Positions 39,391 through 49,867 of a stretch of DNA of 64,000 nt are shown one piece after another (the first letter of the stretch is position 1; the number at the start of each line of letters is the position of its first letter). The notes under the pieces are model-generated. The model was given only the letters and a program-made list of their open reading frames with translations. It did no database searches and was not told the DNA's origin. Source of the DNA: an uncultured Desulfarculus sp. (lineage in GTDB: Bacteria; Desulfobacterota; Desulfarculia; Desulfarculales; Desulfarculaceae); NCBI GenBank assembly GCA_963665125.2, contig CAXXUK010000001.1, positions 1,664,001-1,728,000 on the forward strand, in the 5' to 3' direction. The translations under genes were made by a program, and so were the position numbers.

Positions 39391-41352
39391 ATGTCTTCTC
39401 CGCAGATTCAACTGCGCGGTGTTTACCGCGAATATCCCTCGGGCGGTCAGATGATGGCTGTGCTCAAGGAAATCAACCTGACCATCGAAGCTGGCGAAAT
39501 GGTGGCCATCATCGGCACGTCCGGCTCGGGCAAATCAACCCTGATGAACATCATGGGCTGCCTGGACCGGCCTTCCAAGGGCGACTACCTGTTTAACGGA
39601 CGCGACACCGCCACGATGGACGGCAATGAACTGGCCCGGCTCAGGCGGGAGCACTTCGGATTCATCTTCCAGCGCTATCACCTGCTGCCGGACTTGAGCG
39701 CCGCGGGCAACGTGGAGATCCCGGCCATCTACGCCGGCCGCGACCGCCGGGCCAGACGGGCCCGCAGCGAAGAGCTGTTGCAGCGTCTGGGCCTGGACAA
39801 CCGCCTGAATTACCGGCCGGGCCAGCTCTCCGGCGGCCAGCAGCAGCGCGTCAGCATCGCCAGGGCCCTGATGAACGGCGGTCACGTGATCCTGGCCGAC
39901 GAACCCACCGGCGCCTTGGACAGCCGCAGCGGCCAGGACATGCTGGAGCTGTTGGAAGAGCTGCACGCCGAGGGCCACACCGTGGTCATCGTCACCCACG
40001 ACCCCCAGGTGGCCGCCCACGCCCAGCGCATCATCGAGATCAGCGACGGCGAAATCATCTCCGACAGCCGGACCCAGGAAGCCAAGCCCAACCAGGACCA
40101 CACCCGGAAGCCGGCGGACGCTGCGCAACGGGCAAGCCGCTCCTGGATCACCGATTGGAGCCGTTTTTTCGAGGCGGCGCGCATGGCCCTGTTGGCCATG
40201 GCCTCCCACCGACTGCGCACCTTTCTGACCATGCTGGGCATCATCATCGGCATCGCCTCGGTGGTCTCGGTGGTGGCCCTGGGCGAGGGCTCGCACCAGC
40301 GCATCCTCAAGGACATCAGCTCCATCGGCACCAACACCATCGAGATTTTTCCTGGCAGGGACTTTGGCGACGAACGCAGCGGACGCATCGAAACACTTGT
40401 GCCCGGTGACGCCGACGCACTCAAGCAGCAGGAATACGTTGACAGCGTCACGCCAAAGGTCTCGGCCAACGGCAGCCTGCGCTACCGCAACCTGTCGCTT
40501 TCCGGCTCCATCCAGGGCGTGGGCGAGCAATACTTCCGGGTGCGGGGCTACGAACTGGACATGGGGCGGTTTTTTGATGAAAAGGCCGCCAGGGACGTGG
40601 CCCAGGAAGTGGTCATCGACAACAACACCCGCAAGAAGCTCTTCGCAAATGAGGCCAACCCCATCGGCAAGGTGATTCTCCTGGGCAAGGTGCCCGCCAA
40701 GGTTGTGGGCGTGACCAAGAAGAAGACAAGCGGTTTCGGCAACAACGAAAACCTCAACGTGTGGGTGCCCTACACCACGGCCATGTGGCGGATCAGCGGC
40801 CAGCCCTATCTGGGATCCATAAACGTGCGGGTAAGCGACACGGTGGACACCGACGCCGCCGAACAGGGCATCATCAAGCTGATGACCCAGCGCCACGGCC
40901 GCAAGGACTTCTTCACGCTCAACACCGACGCCATCCGCCAGACCATCGAGCAGACCACGGCCACCATGCGCCTGTTGATCTCGGCCATCGCCCTGATCTC
41001 GCTGGTGGTGGGCGGCATCGGGGTTATGAACATCATGCTGGTTTCGGTGACCGAGCGCACCAGGGAGATTGGCGTGCGCATGGCTGTGGGTGCGCGGCGC
41101 GGCGACATCATGCGCCAGTTCCTGGTGGAAGCCGTGCTGGTGTGCCTCTGCGGCGGCATTTTGGGAGTGCTGCTGGCCCTGGGCGTGGGAGTGGTTTTCT
41201 CCTGGACAGGCAGCAGTTTCAGCATGGTCTATTCAACGGCCTCCATAATAGCGGCTTTTGCCTGCTCCACCCTGGTGGGCGTGGCCTTCGGCTATCTGCC
41301 GGCCAAAAACGCCTCCCATCTCGACCCTGTTGAGGCATTGGCGAGGGAATGA
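39391..41352 (+). CDS. macB: MacB-type ABC ATPase-permease
   Basis: [44 protein letters not shown]. Confidence 0.95.
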   Translation: MSSPQIQLRGVYREYPSGGQMMAVLKEINLTIEAGEMVAIIGTSGSGKSTLMNIMGCLDRPSKGDYLFNGRDTATMDGNELARLRREHFGFIFQRYHLLPDLSAAGNVEIPAIYAGRDRRARRARSEELLQRLGLDNRLNYRPGQLSGGQQQRVSIARALMNGGHVILADEPTGALDSRSGQDMLELLEELHAEGHTVVIVTHDPQVAAHAQRIIEISDGEIISDSRTQEAKPNQDHTRKPADAAQRASRSWITDWSRFFEAARMALLAMASHRLRTFLTMLGIIIGIASVVSVVALGEGSHQRILKDISSIGTNTIEIFPGRDFGDERSGRIETLVPGDADALKQQEYVDSVTPKVSANGSLRYRNLSLSGSIQGVGEQYFRVRGYELDMGRFFDEKAARDVAQEVVIDNNTRKKLFANEANPIGKVILLGKVPAKVVGVTKKKTSGFGNNENLNVWVPYTTAMWRISGQPYLGSINVRVSDTVDTDAAEQGIIKLMTQRHGRKDFFTLNTDAIRQTIEQTTATMRLLISAIALISLVVGGIGVMNIMLVSVTERTREIGVRMAVGARRGDIMRQFLVEAVLVCLCGGILGVLLALGVGVVFSWTGSSFSMVYSTASIIAAFACSTLVGVAFGYLPAKNASHLDPVEALARE

Positions 41353-42818
41353 TGAAAACGCTTCGTAAAAACCATTGGATGGCCCTGGTGGCCTTGTGCC
41401 TCCTGCTGACCGGCTGCGGCTCGTTCCAGACCACGGCCTATCTGCGACCCCAGGTGGAGATGCCCGCCACATGGCAGGGCACGGAACCGGCCCAACCCAA
41501 GGCCCTAGCCAAGACTGAAACCACGGACCAGTCCCCGGCCGTAACCGAGGAAGAGGTCAAGGCCCTGGCCGCCGGAGCCCTGGGCTTCCATGACCCGGAA
41601 CTGGAACGGCTGCTGACCGAGGTGCTCAAGCGCAACAACAACCTGGCCGCCGCGGCCATCAAGGTGCGCCAGGCCCGTCTGGAGGCCGGACTCAAGGCCG
41701 ACGCCCTGATTCCCAAGCTGGGCGCGGACATCAGCGGCAACTACACCCGCGACCTGCATGACGCGGAAAACGACAGCTCCCACGCGGCCAGCGGTACCCT
41801 GAGCTACGAAATCGACCTGTGGGGCAAGCTGGCCAATCAGCGCGACATCGCCCAGTGGGAAGCCGAAGCCACGGACCAGGACCGCCGCACCGCGGCCATA
41901 GCCCTGGTCTGCACCACGGCAGAGCTGTATTTCCAGATCGCCTATTTGAACGAATCCATCGTCTTGGGCGAGCGGAGCATCGCCAGGTCCCAAAAGAGTC
42001 TGGATCTGGCCCGCCTGCGCCACGGCGCCGGGGCCGACTCGGCCCTGGAGGAGCAGGAAGCCCTGCGCTCCCTGGCCACCCTCCAGGCCACCCAGGAGGA
42101 TCTGCGCCGCCAGCTGGCCCAGAACCGCAGCGCCTTGGCCGTGCTCTTTGACGGCCCGCCCCAGGGCATTGTCAGCGATCCCAAGCAAATGCCCCAGGGC
42201 TCTTTGCCTTTGGTGGCCGAGGGCCTGCCCGCCGACATTCTGGGACGCAGGCCCGACCTGCGCGCGGCCGAGCTTCGCCTGCGCGAATCCCTGACCAACA
42301 TCGACGTAAAGCGCACCAGTTACTACCCCACCCTGTCGCTGACCGGCGCCTTGGGCTCCACCAGTTCGGCCCTGTTGCAGGTGATCAACCACCCCGTGGC
42401 CAGCCTGGTGGCGGGCATCAGCCTGCCGTTTTTGCAGTGGAACGAGATGAAGCTCACCACAGCCGTGGCCCAGGCCGAATATGACCAGGCAGTGGTGGAA
42501 TTCCGCCAGACGCTCTACGAGGCGCTCAAGGAGGTGGAAGACGCCCTGTCGGCCGGGCAGTATTACGACGCCCAGGGCCGAAAATTGCAGGAGGCGCTCC
42601 ATGCCGCCAAGATCGTCGAAGACATCTATGAGACACGCTACCGCAGCGGCACCGATTCCATGCAGGTGTGGCTGGACGCCCAGGACAAGCGCCAGAGCGC
42701 CGAGAGTTCGCTGCTCGGCAACCGCCTGAACCGGCTGCTTAACTACCTTGTGCTGTACCAGGCCTTGGGCGGCGAACCGGTGAAGGCCGAAAACCAGGTC
42801 ATGGCCAGCCGCGAATAG
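41349..42818 (+). CDS. Outer-membrane efflux lipoprotein
   Basis: Lipobox [28 protein letters not shown]. Confidence 0.92.
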   Translation: MMKTLRKNHWMALVALCLLLTGCGSFQTTAYLRPQVEMPATWQGTEPAQPKALAKTETTDQSPAVTEEEVKALAAGALGFHDPELERLLTEVLKRNNNLAAAAIKVRQARLEAGLKADALIPKLGADISGNYTRDLHDAENDSSHAASGTLSYEIDLWGKLANQRDIAQWEAEATDQDRRTAAIALVCTTAELYFQIAYLNESIVLGERSIARSQKSLDLARLRHGAGADSALEEQEALRSLATLQATQEDLRRQLAQNRSALAVLFDGPPQGIVSDPKQMPQGSLPLVAEGLPADILGRRPDLRAAELRLRESLTNIDVKRTSYYPTLSLTGALGSTSSALLQVINHPVASLVAGISLPFLQWNEMKLTTAVAQAEYDQAVVEFRQTLYEALKEVEDALSAGQYYDAQGRKLQEALHAAKIVEDIYETRYRSGTDSMQVWLDAQDKRQSAESSLLGNRLNRLLNYLVLYQALGGEPVKAENQVMASRE

Positions 42819-42847
42819 GCTTGACCGCTTCGGGTGACATTCAGAAT

Positions 42848-42890
42848 AAAAAGCCAGGGAGCTGGGTTGTCCTAACTCCCTGGCTCTTTA
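42848..42890. terminator. Bidirectional terminator
   Basis: AGCCAGGGAG...CTCCCTGGCT flanked by A- and T-rich runs. Confidence 0.7.
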
Positions 42891-42899
42891 TTTAATAAG

Positions 42900-42947
42900 T
42901 GGCGGGGACGGCGAGACCAACCCTCACGGCCTCCGGCGTGACGGGCC
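42900..42947 (-). repeat. Degenerate 3' half of tRNA-Asp (att remnant, outer copy)
   Basis: tggcggggacggcgagaccaaccctcacggcctccggcgtgacgggcc aligns to 51802-51849. Confidence 0.85.
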
Positions 42948-43026
42948 CGGCCGAGAAACGCACCCCACTCAATTTCAAAACCCGCGCCTGCGGGGCTTCT
43001 TGGAGAAGCCCCGCAGTCAGGCCAAA

Positions 43027-43809
43027 TCAGCCCAGCAAAGCGCTGGCCACCGGTTCCACGGCCATGACATCGGCAGCGGCCAGGGCGGCGCCGTCCAAGC
43101 CGGCCTTGGCCACCTGATCAATGTTGGGCAGGCAGGCCAGCACGGTCACCTGGTTATCCTCAAGTTCCTGCCGCAGGCGCTGGGCCACGCTGTCGTCAGG
43201 CATCTTGTTGAGCACCGCCCCGGCAAGAGTTACGCCCATGCGCTGACAAAGGTCCTTGACCCGCAGGGCCAGTTGCAACGAGGCCAGTGAAGGTTCCACC
43301 ACCACCAGCACCAGGTCCAGGCCTTCCTCGATGCCCCGGCCAAAGTGTTCCAGACCGGCCTCCAGATCCACCAAAGCCACCTCGTCGGGCTCCAGACTCA
43401 GCTTGCGCACGAGTTCCTTTGCCACCGCCCCCATGGGGCAAGCGCATCCCTCCAGAGGCTGCTGAATCTTGCCAATCATCATCAGGCGGCGGCCCGGCCG
43501 CCCGGCCAAATATTCCGAAGGGATGTCCCGGCTGGGGATTTCAGGCCATAGCAGCAGTGAGAGCTGGGTCTCTTGCTCGCCGGCAGCCATGCGACTGATC
43601 ATCTTTTGTTGCACTGCCCGCTTGCCGCCTATCAACTCCATCAGCGGAGTCGGCAGATCAGACAATCCCAGCAGTCCGTGCAGGCCCGCGTTGGAATCAT
43701 CCGAGTCCACCACCAGCACCTGCTTGCCCATTTGTTCCATGTGATCGGCCAACAGCGCCACCAGGCTGCTCTTGCCACTGCCGCCCTTGCCACAGATTCC
43801 TATTTTCAC
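43027..43809 (-). CDS. cooC: CooC/AcsF-type nickel-insertion P-loop ATPase
   Basis: GKGGSGKS, GCACP (CxC Ni site), DLEAGLEHFGRG, NK. Confidence 0.88.
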   Translation of the reverse strand: MKIGICGKGGSGKSSLVALLADHMEQMGKQVLVVDSDDSNAGLHGLLGLSDLPTPLMELIGGKRAVQQKMISRMAAGEQETQLSLLLWPEIPSRDIPSEYLAGRPGRRLMMIGKIQQPLEGCACPMGAVAKELVRKLSLEPDEVALVDLEAGLEHFGRGIEEGLDLVLVVVEPSLASLQLALRVKDLCQRMGVTLAGAVLNKMPDDSVAQRLRQELEDNQVTVLACLPNIDQVAKAGLDGAALAAADVMAVEPVASALLG

Positions 43810-44053
43810 GACACACTCCTTGCCGCGCGCCCCCCTAGCAGCGGGTCACGCGTTTCCGTACCGCCTTGCCGGGAACAAACAAGTCCCCTCAGGCAATTAC
43901 GGCCGTCGCGGTCTTTCGTGACCCCACCTGGCCTCGGCTGGCTTTCAGACCAGTTTGTAACGCATCAACAAAGATTGTTTAGATTAATATATACACAAAG
44001 CCGTACCCATGCCATACCTCCAGCCTGGCCGTGCCCCAGGGTCCGCGGGCAGT

Positions 44054-44270
44054 ATCGCTCCGCTCGTTCATCATGGTGCACAATGAGTGCGTCATGCTGT
44101 TAGCCGCGGACAACCATGCACCCATAGACATAAAAGATACGGATTGTAGAGAACTACCACCAAACGTCATGGAAAAACAAAAGATCCAGCCGTTTCTGAC
44201 TGGATCTTTTATATTTAAGAAGTGGCGGGGGCGACGAGACCGAAACTCGCCGCCTCCTGCGTGACAGGCC
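44054..44270. repeat. ~215-bp direct repeat copy 1, ending in a degenerate tRNA-Asp 3' half (44223-44270)
   Basis: Aligns with 51637-51849, including the AAAAGATCCAG...CTGGATCTTTT hairpin. Confidence 0.9.
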
Positions 44271-44589
44271 CGCCTGAGAATAGTACATCTCTTGATTTCA
44301 TGCAGTTAGCCGAACATAAACGCTACCGTCTGCATAAAAACGCACCTCCGCGCATCCCCATTCCCAGCCTACACATAGCCACTTCGGCCACCTTTTTTCT
44401 TGTTCGTGGCTGTTGCCATCTGTTTTTTGGAGCAAACAAACCCGGCTATTTGAAGCTTCTTGTTAAAACAGATACAGAGATGAACGAAGTGCTGGCGTCG
44501 GGGACGTGATAGGTGAAGCTCCATAAGACTTGCTTAACACATGTTGAAGCCATGAAAATTGCATAATATTGAAACTTGCATATTCTCCC

Positions 44590-44788
44590 CACTGTCAGTG
44601 GCCCATAGTGAGGGCAGTGCAACACAAGCCACCCCGACTTGATCTTCCAGACCAAGTACCTTGACCTTGAAATCCGGCGAATAACGCTGTTTGGTGTATT
44701 CCATCTGTCCTTTCTGTGATCTCATCGAACGCCTCGGTTAAGCAATTTACTCGTTTATTCCGATTTCAGTCAAAACTGGGCCATATCA
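44590..44788 (-). mobile_element. IS3-family remnant (OrfA N-terminus and probable left IR)
   Basis: KQRYSPDFKVKVLGLEDQVGVACVA resembles IS3 OrfA HTH start; TGATATGGCCCAG... end at 44788; no OrfB. Confidence 0.6.
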
Positions 44789-45018
44789 GATTTTATTGTA
44801 GGAAACGCCAAGGACACCACGGGGCGTGACCCGGCCAACTATTACAATAATTGTCTATCAAACATTAATGCAACTTCTTTCATCGTGTGGTGAATAAGAT
44901 AGTTCAGAGACTTTTGGCGGTGCGGATAAAGTTCTGTTGTGTCTAGCATTAATATGCAAAGACATGCTAAAAAGATAGCAAGGCAGTTCGCGGCGCAAAT
45001 TGATCGCATAAGGATGGA

Positions 45019-47208
45019 ATGGCAATGTTCAAGAATATTAAGATAAAATACAAGCTTTTTATTACATATTCTTTGGTGTTTATCATTTCGATATCGCTTG
45101 GCAGCCTATTTATTTATTATTTTGTACAAAGAACACTTAAACAAAATATAGAGATGTCTTTGAACAACACAACCATGATAATTGCAAATATGCTTAAAAC
45201 CAACATAAGTTCTTCAATGAAAAATTATTTGCGAGCGGTTGCGGAAAAAAATTTGGAGTTGGCTAAATTCTATTATGAAAAGCAGCAAAAAAATTTAATG
45301 TCTGAACAGGAGGCGCAAGAAAAAGTAGCGGAGATTCTTCTCAATCAGAAAATAGGTAATTCTGGTTATGTATATTGTTTAAACTCCAAAGGCTTGGTGG
45401 TTGTTCATCCCAAAGGTGGCGTTCTGCATACGGATGTTTCCAACCATTATTTCGTGGCAAAAATGACACAGAAAAAATTGGGATATATAGAATACGATTG
45501 GCAAAACCCAGAGGACGTAAAAGTACGTTCCAAGGCGTTATATATGGTATATTTTGAGCCTTGGGACTGGATCATTTCCGCATCAGCCTATCGCAACGAA
45601 TTTAGAGACTTAATCAATATAAACGACATCTCAAATAGCATTTTGCCGGTCAAGTTCGGGAAAAGTGGATATACATATGTGTCTGACTTAAATGGAAAAG
45701 CTGTAGTGCATCCTGTTATACCCGGTTTGAATGTATTTGAGTTAAAAGATGCGCCGACCAGATTTTTGGAGGAAATGATAAAGAAAAAGAAAGGCAAAAT
45801 TATTTACAAATGGAAAAACCCCAGCGAAAGTATTGCCCGTGATAAGTTGGTGATATTTGATTATATCCCCGAATATGAGTGGATTGTCGCATCAAGCACC
45901 TACCTTGATGAACTTTTTGAACCGCTCGATATAATCGGAAATATCGTGGCAGTGACAGCCATCTTAACGTTTATTTTAGCCATACCAGCCACACTCAAGA
46001 TAAGCTCATCCATAACAAGCCCGCTTATGCAAGTTATGGACAGATTGGAAAATATGTCCCATCGCTATTTTCCGGTTAGCGTGCCACTTCAAAAAAGTGA
46101 TGAAATTGGCATTTTGACTTCGTATTTAGAAAAGTTTATGAGTCAGCTGAAAGTATATAATGATGAGATGGAGGCGCAAATTTTAGTGCGTAAAAACACT
46201 GAAAAGGCACTGAGGGAAAGTGAGGAAAGATATAGATCGGTCATGGAGGCCGTGCCAAATCCCGTGGTTGTGTATGACATTAGAGGTAATGTCATATATT
46301 TGAATCCTGCATTCACCCGGGTGTTCGGCTGGAGCTGGGACGAATGCAAAGGCAAGAAACTCGATTATTTTGTCCCAGATGAAAGTTGGCCAGAAACAAA
46401 CCAGATGATCCAAAAAGTACTGTCTGGTGATACCTTGTATAGCATAAAAACCAAACGATATAGCAAGGTTGGTGACATAATACATGTCAGCATAAGCGGG
46501 GCGACTTATCGCGATATTAATGGGAATCTGGCAGGAAGCGTCATAATCTTGATGGACATAACCAAGTCGGTTGAGCTGGAAAAGAGGGTCATGGATATCG
46601 GCGATATGGCGCGGCAAACCATCGGGCAAGATCTGCACGACGATCTATGTCCGCAGTTAATCGGAATTTTGGGATTAAGCACCGTGCTTGATAGCGAGTT
46701 GACCAACAGCGATCCAAGGGTCAAGAGCTTGTCTGAAAACATCAAAGCACTGATTCAGAATTCCATAGAGAAAACAAGGATTCTAGCCCGCGGTTTATGC
46801 CCTGTACATATGGTGTCGCATGGACTTAATACTGCTCTGAAAGAATACATTGATAATGCAAACAAAACCACCGAAGCCTCCGTTAGCTATACTGGCCAGG
46901 ACATAGATTTGGCTTGCAGTAATACTGTGGCGACCAATCTATATTATATCGCCCGAGAAGCGGTGAATAATGCCATCAAGCATTCCAATGCTAATATCAT
47001 TAAATTAACCCTGGACAAGACCGGAGAGTGGCTAAGTATGATAATATGTGATGATGGTATTGGTATAGTCGAAAACCAGATGGCCGATGGAATCGGCATG
47101 CAGATAATGCGATATCGTGCCAACTTAATTGGGGCAAGCTATGACATAAGAACTGGCAATAATGACGGAACAGTTGTGGATGTTCGTATAAATACCAATA
47201 CGATTTAG
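45019..47208 (+). CDS. Cache-Cache-HAMP-PAS sensor histidine kinase (HisKA_3/NarX type)
   Basis: GY.Y..HP Cache motifs twice, PAS, QDLHDD, EAVNNAIKH, DDGIG, GIG; AT-rich. Confidence 0.93.
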   Translation: MAMFKNIKIKYKLFITYSLVFIISISLGSLFIYYFVQRTLKQNIEMSLNNTTMIIANMLKTNISSSMKNYLRAVAEKNLELAKFYYEKQQKNLMSEQEAQEKVAEILLNQKIGNSGYVYCLNSKGLVVVHPKGGVLHTDVSNHYFVAKMTQKKLGYIEYDWQNPEDVKVRSKALYMVYFEPWDWIISASAYRNEFRDLININDISNSILPVKFGKSGYTYVSDLNGKAVVHPVIPGLNVFELKDAPTRFLEEMIKKKKGKIIYKWKNPSESIARDKLVIFDYIPEYEWIVASSTYLDELFEPLDIIGNIVAVTAILTFILAIPATLKISSSITSPLMQVMDRLENMSHRYFPVSVPLQKSDEIGILTSYLEKFMSQLKVYNDEMEAQILVRKNTEKALRESEERYRSVMEAVPNPVVVYDIRGNVIYLNPAFTRVFGWSWDECKGKKLDYFVPDESWPETNQMIQKVLSGDTLYSIKTKRYSKVGDIIHVSISGATYRDINGNLAGSVIILMDITKSVELEKRVMDIGDMARQTIGQDLHDDLCPQLIGILGLSTVLDSELTNSDPRVKSLSENIKALIQNSIEKTRILARGLCPVHMVSHGLNTALKEYIDNANKTTEASVSYTGQDIDLACSNTVATNLYYIAREAVNNAIKHSNANIIKLTLDKTGEWLSMIICDDGIGIVENQMADGIGMQIMRYRANLIGASYDIRTGNNDGTVVDVRINTNTI

Positions 47209-47226
47209 CCAGATGGAGTCGTTCAA

Positions 47227-47889
47227 ATGGCGAAAAAAAATAAAACATGCATATTGATTGTTGACGACCATCCCATCTTTTGTTTGGGGCTGACAGAACT
47301 AATAAATCGAGAAAACGATATGTTGGTTTGCGCCAGCGTTGAAGACGTAGTCAAAGCCCGCACCGCTATCGAGAAATACAGTCCTGACTTTGCCATAGTT
47401 GATGTCTCATTAAAAGGCAGCAATGGAATTGACCTGGTTAAGGAAATTAACGCCAAATATCCCACTTTGGCCGTGCTGGTGCTATCCATGTATGATGAAG
47501 AATTATATGCCGAGCGAGCCCTAGCCGCTGGGGCTAAAGGCTATATGATGAAGCAGGAGGCGATCAGCGTAGTTGTTCAGGCTATTCGCCATATTTTATC
47601 CGGTAAAATATATGCAAGTGACGAGGTGAAAGAAAAGGCGCTGATGCGCTTAGCTTCCCACCAGGAAGGCCTTGAACCAACGCCTTTCGATCTGCTCACC
47701 GAAAGAGAACTTGAGGTTTTTAGATATATAGGTGATGGATTTTCCACCAAGGAAATATCCCAACGTATGAATCTGAGTGTCAAGACAATCGGAACCTATC
47801 GCGAACACATCAAGGAAAAACTTAATCTTAAACACTATGCCGAGCTGATAAAATGTGCGGTATATTGGCTTGAAAAATCGCGGAGCTAG
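47227..47889 (+). CDS. NarL/LuxR family response regulator
   Basis: VDDHP, LSMY, LTERELEVF, LSVKTIGTYR..IKEKL. Confidence 0.94.
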   Translation: MAKKNKTCILIVDDHPIFCLGLTELINRENDMLVCASVEDVVKARTAIEKYSPDFAIVDVSLKGSNGIDLVKEINAKYPTLAVLVLSMYDEELYAERALAAGAKGYMMKQEAISVVVQAIRHILSGKIYASDEVKEKALMRLASHQEGLEPTPFDLLTERELEVFRYIGDGFSTKEISQRMNLSVKTIGTYREHIKEKLNLKHYAELIKCAVYWLEKSRS

Positions 47890-47945
47890 TATATTATTAA
47901 TCCACAGGAAGTTAGTTCTTCCCGCGTCCCGGCTTTGTTTCCTCA

Positions 47946-47977
47946 GTTTTAAACCTATCATGCCATAGGTTTAAAAC
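47946..47977. promoter_or_regulatory. Palindromic candidate regulator site
   Basis: GTTTTAAACCTAT-N6-ATAGGTTTAAAAC perfect 13-bp arms. Confidence 0.55.
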
Positions 47978-48229
47978 CTACAGCCCATCAGAAAACCACA
48001 CCAAAAAATTCAGTTGAATACCGATTGAACCGCCGCCTTGCTTTAGTCTCCAATGGACATGGCGGCACCCTCATCATATTCAAAATCGCTCGTTCTCTCA
48101 TCGCTCCTGCTAAAGATTTTTCAGCTAGCCGCCTTTACGGCATTCGCATGTGTGTGACAAAGATTTCCTTTTGCAATTAATAAGCGTCTGAAAAGACAAG
48201 ATGACAAAAAACCTTCGGAGAGGTGAGAC

Positions 48230-49840
48230 ATGCCCCAAAACGGCGTTAGTTACGAAGTATTGAGCCCTGTAAAATTTTTAATGCGCAGTGCTTATGTCTA
48301 CCCCAACAAAGAGGCGGTTGTTTATGGCGACAAGCGCTATACCTATTCCCAATTTCAGCAAAGGGTCTACCGCCTGGCCAACGCCTTGCTCGACATGGGA
48401 ATCGGCAAGGGGGACAAGGTCGCCTTTATTTGTCCCAACACGCCGCCCATGCTGGAGGCCCATTACGCGGTTCCCATGATCGGTGCCGCATTGGTGAGCG
48501 TCAACATTCGCCTCTCCGGCAACGAAATCGAATATATTCTCAACCATTCCGACAGCAAGGCGGTCTTTGTGGACAATGAGTTCGGTCAGATGGTGGCGGC
48601 CATCGCCGATCAGTTGCCCGCAGTGAAGCATTTCGTCAACATCTGCGATCTGGACGGGCAAAAACCCTTGGACGGCCCGGAATACGAAGATATTCTCGCT
48701 GCCTCATCTGAAAAGCCCTTTGACCTAAACATCCAGGACGAAAGAGAAGTCGCCACCATCAACTACACAAGCGGCACCACCGGACAGCCAAAAGGAGTCA
48801 TGTATCATCATCGAGGCGCCTATCTAAACGCTTTGGGCGAGCTTATTGAGGCTAATTTGACCCCCGACGCCGTCTACCTCTGGACCCTCCCCATGTTTCA
48901 TTGCAACGGCTGGTGTTTCACCTGGGCGGTGACCGCCATCGGCGGCACCCACGTTTGCCTGCGCAAGGTGGTTGCCGACGAAATTTTCAGTGCCATTGAA
49001 AAAGAAAATGTCTCCCATCTATGCGCCGCCCCCACGGTCCTCATCACCATGGCCCAATATCCCGATGCCCAAAACCTCAAGTTGAACCGCAAACTCGAGA
49101 TTCTCACCGCCGGCGCGCCTCCGGCTCCCACCGTCATCCAGAACGTGGAGGCCATGGGCGCCAACGTGATTCACGTTTACGGCCTTACCGAGGTTTACGG
49201 GCCCCACAGCGTATGTGCCTGGCAAAAGGATTGGGACCTGCTACAGCCCGAGGAGCGGGCCGTGATCAAATCGCGCCAAGGTGTTCCCTATGTCACCACA
49301 CAATTCATGGATGTTGTGGATCCGCTGAGCATGACGCCGGTTCCCGGAGACGCCAAGACCATCGGCGAGATAGTCATGCGGGGCAACAACGTCATGTTGG
49401 GCTATTACAAAGACCAGGAGGCCACGGACACCGCCTTTGCCGGAGGATGGTTTCACAGCGGCGACCTGGCGGTGATCCACCCTGACGGCTATGTCCAGAT
49501 CATGGACCGCAAGAAGGACATTATCATCAGCGGCGGAGAAAACATCTCCACCGTGGAAATCGAATCCACCATTTACAGGCATCCCGACGTACTGGAGGTG
49601 GCGGTGATTCCCATTCCGGACCAGCGGTGGGGAGAAGTGCCCAAAGCCTTTGTGGTGGCCAAGCCGGGAACCCAGCCCACGGCTGACAGCATCATTGATT
49701 TCTGCAAAGAGAGACTGGCCAGGTTCAAGGCGCCCAAGACGGTTGAATTCGGGGAATTGCCCAAAACGGCCACCGGCAAGATCCAAAAATTCAAACTCCG
49801 GGAAAAAGAATGGCAAGGCCGCGATCGCATGGTCAATTAA
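48230..49840 (+). CDS. AMP-forming acyl-CoA synthetase
   Basis: YTSGTTGQPKG, TLPMFHCNGW, YGLTE, FHSGD, LPKTATGK. Confidence 0.95.
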   Translation: MPQNGVSYEVLSPVKFLMRSAYVYPNKEAVVYGDKRYTYSQFQQRVYRLANALLDMGIGKGDKVAFICPNTPPMLEAHYAVPMIGAALVSVNIRLSGNEIEYILNHSDSKAVFVDNEFGQMVAAIADQLPAVKHFVNICDLDGQKPLDGPEYEDILAASSEKPFDLNIQDEREVATINYTSGTTGQPKGVMYHHRGAYLNALGELIEANLTPDAVYLWTLPMFHCNGWCFTWAVTAIGGTHVCLRKVVADEIFSAIEKENVSHLCAAPTVLITMAQYPDAQNLKLNRKLEILTAGAPPAPTVIQNVEAMGANVIHVYGLTEVYGPHSVCAWQKDWDLLQPEERAVIKSRQGVPYVTTQFMDVVDPLSMTPVPGDAKTIGEIVMRGNNVMLGYYKDQEATDTAFAGGWFHSGDLAVIHPDGYVQIMDRKKDIIISGGENISTVEIESTIYRHPDVLEVAVIPIPDQRWGEVPKAFVVAKPGTQPTADSIIDFCKERLARFKAPKTVEFGELPKTATGKIQKFKLREKEWQGRDRMVN

Positions 49841-49867
49841 CAAGCCTTTTTAAGGGAGGTGCTTAAG

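Noticed and set aside
44223..44270. Additional functional tRNA genes at 44223 and 42900
   Set aside because: No D-arm or 5' acceptor strand, and the T-loops are mutated; these are att remnants
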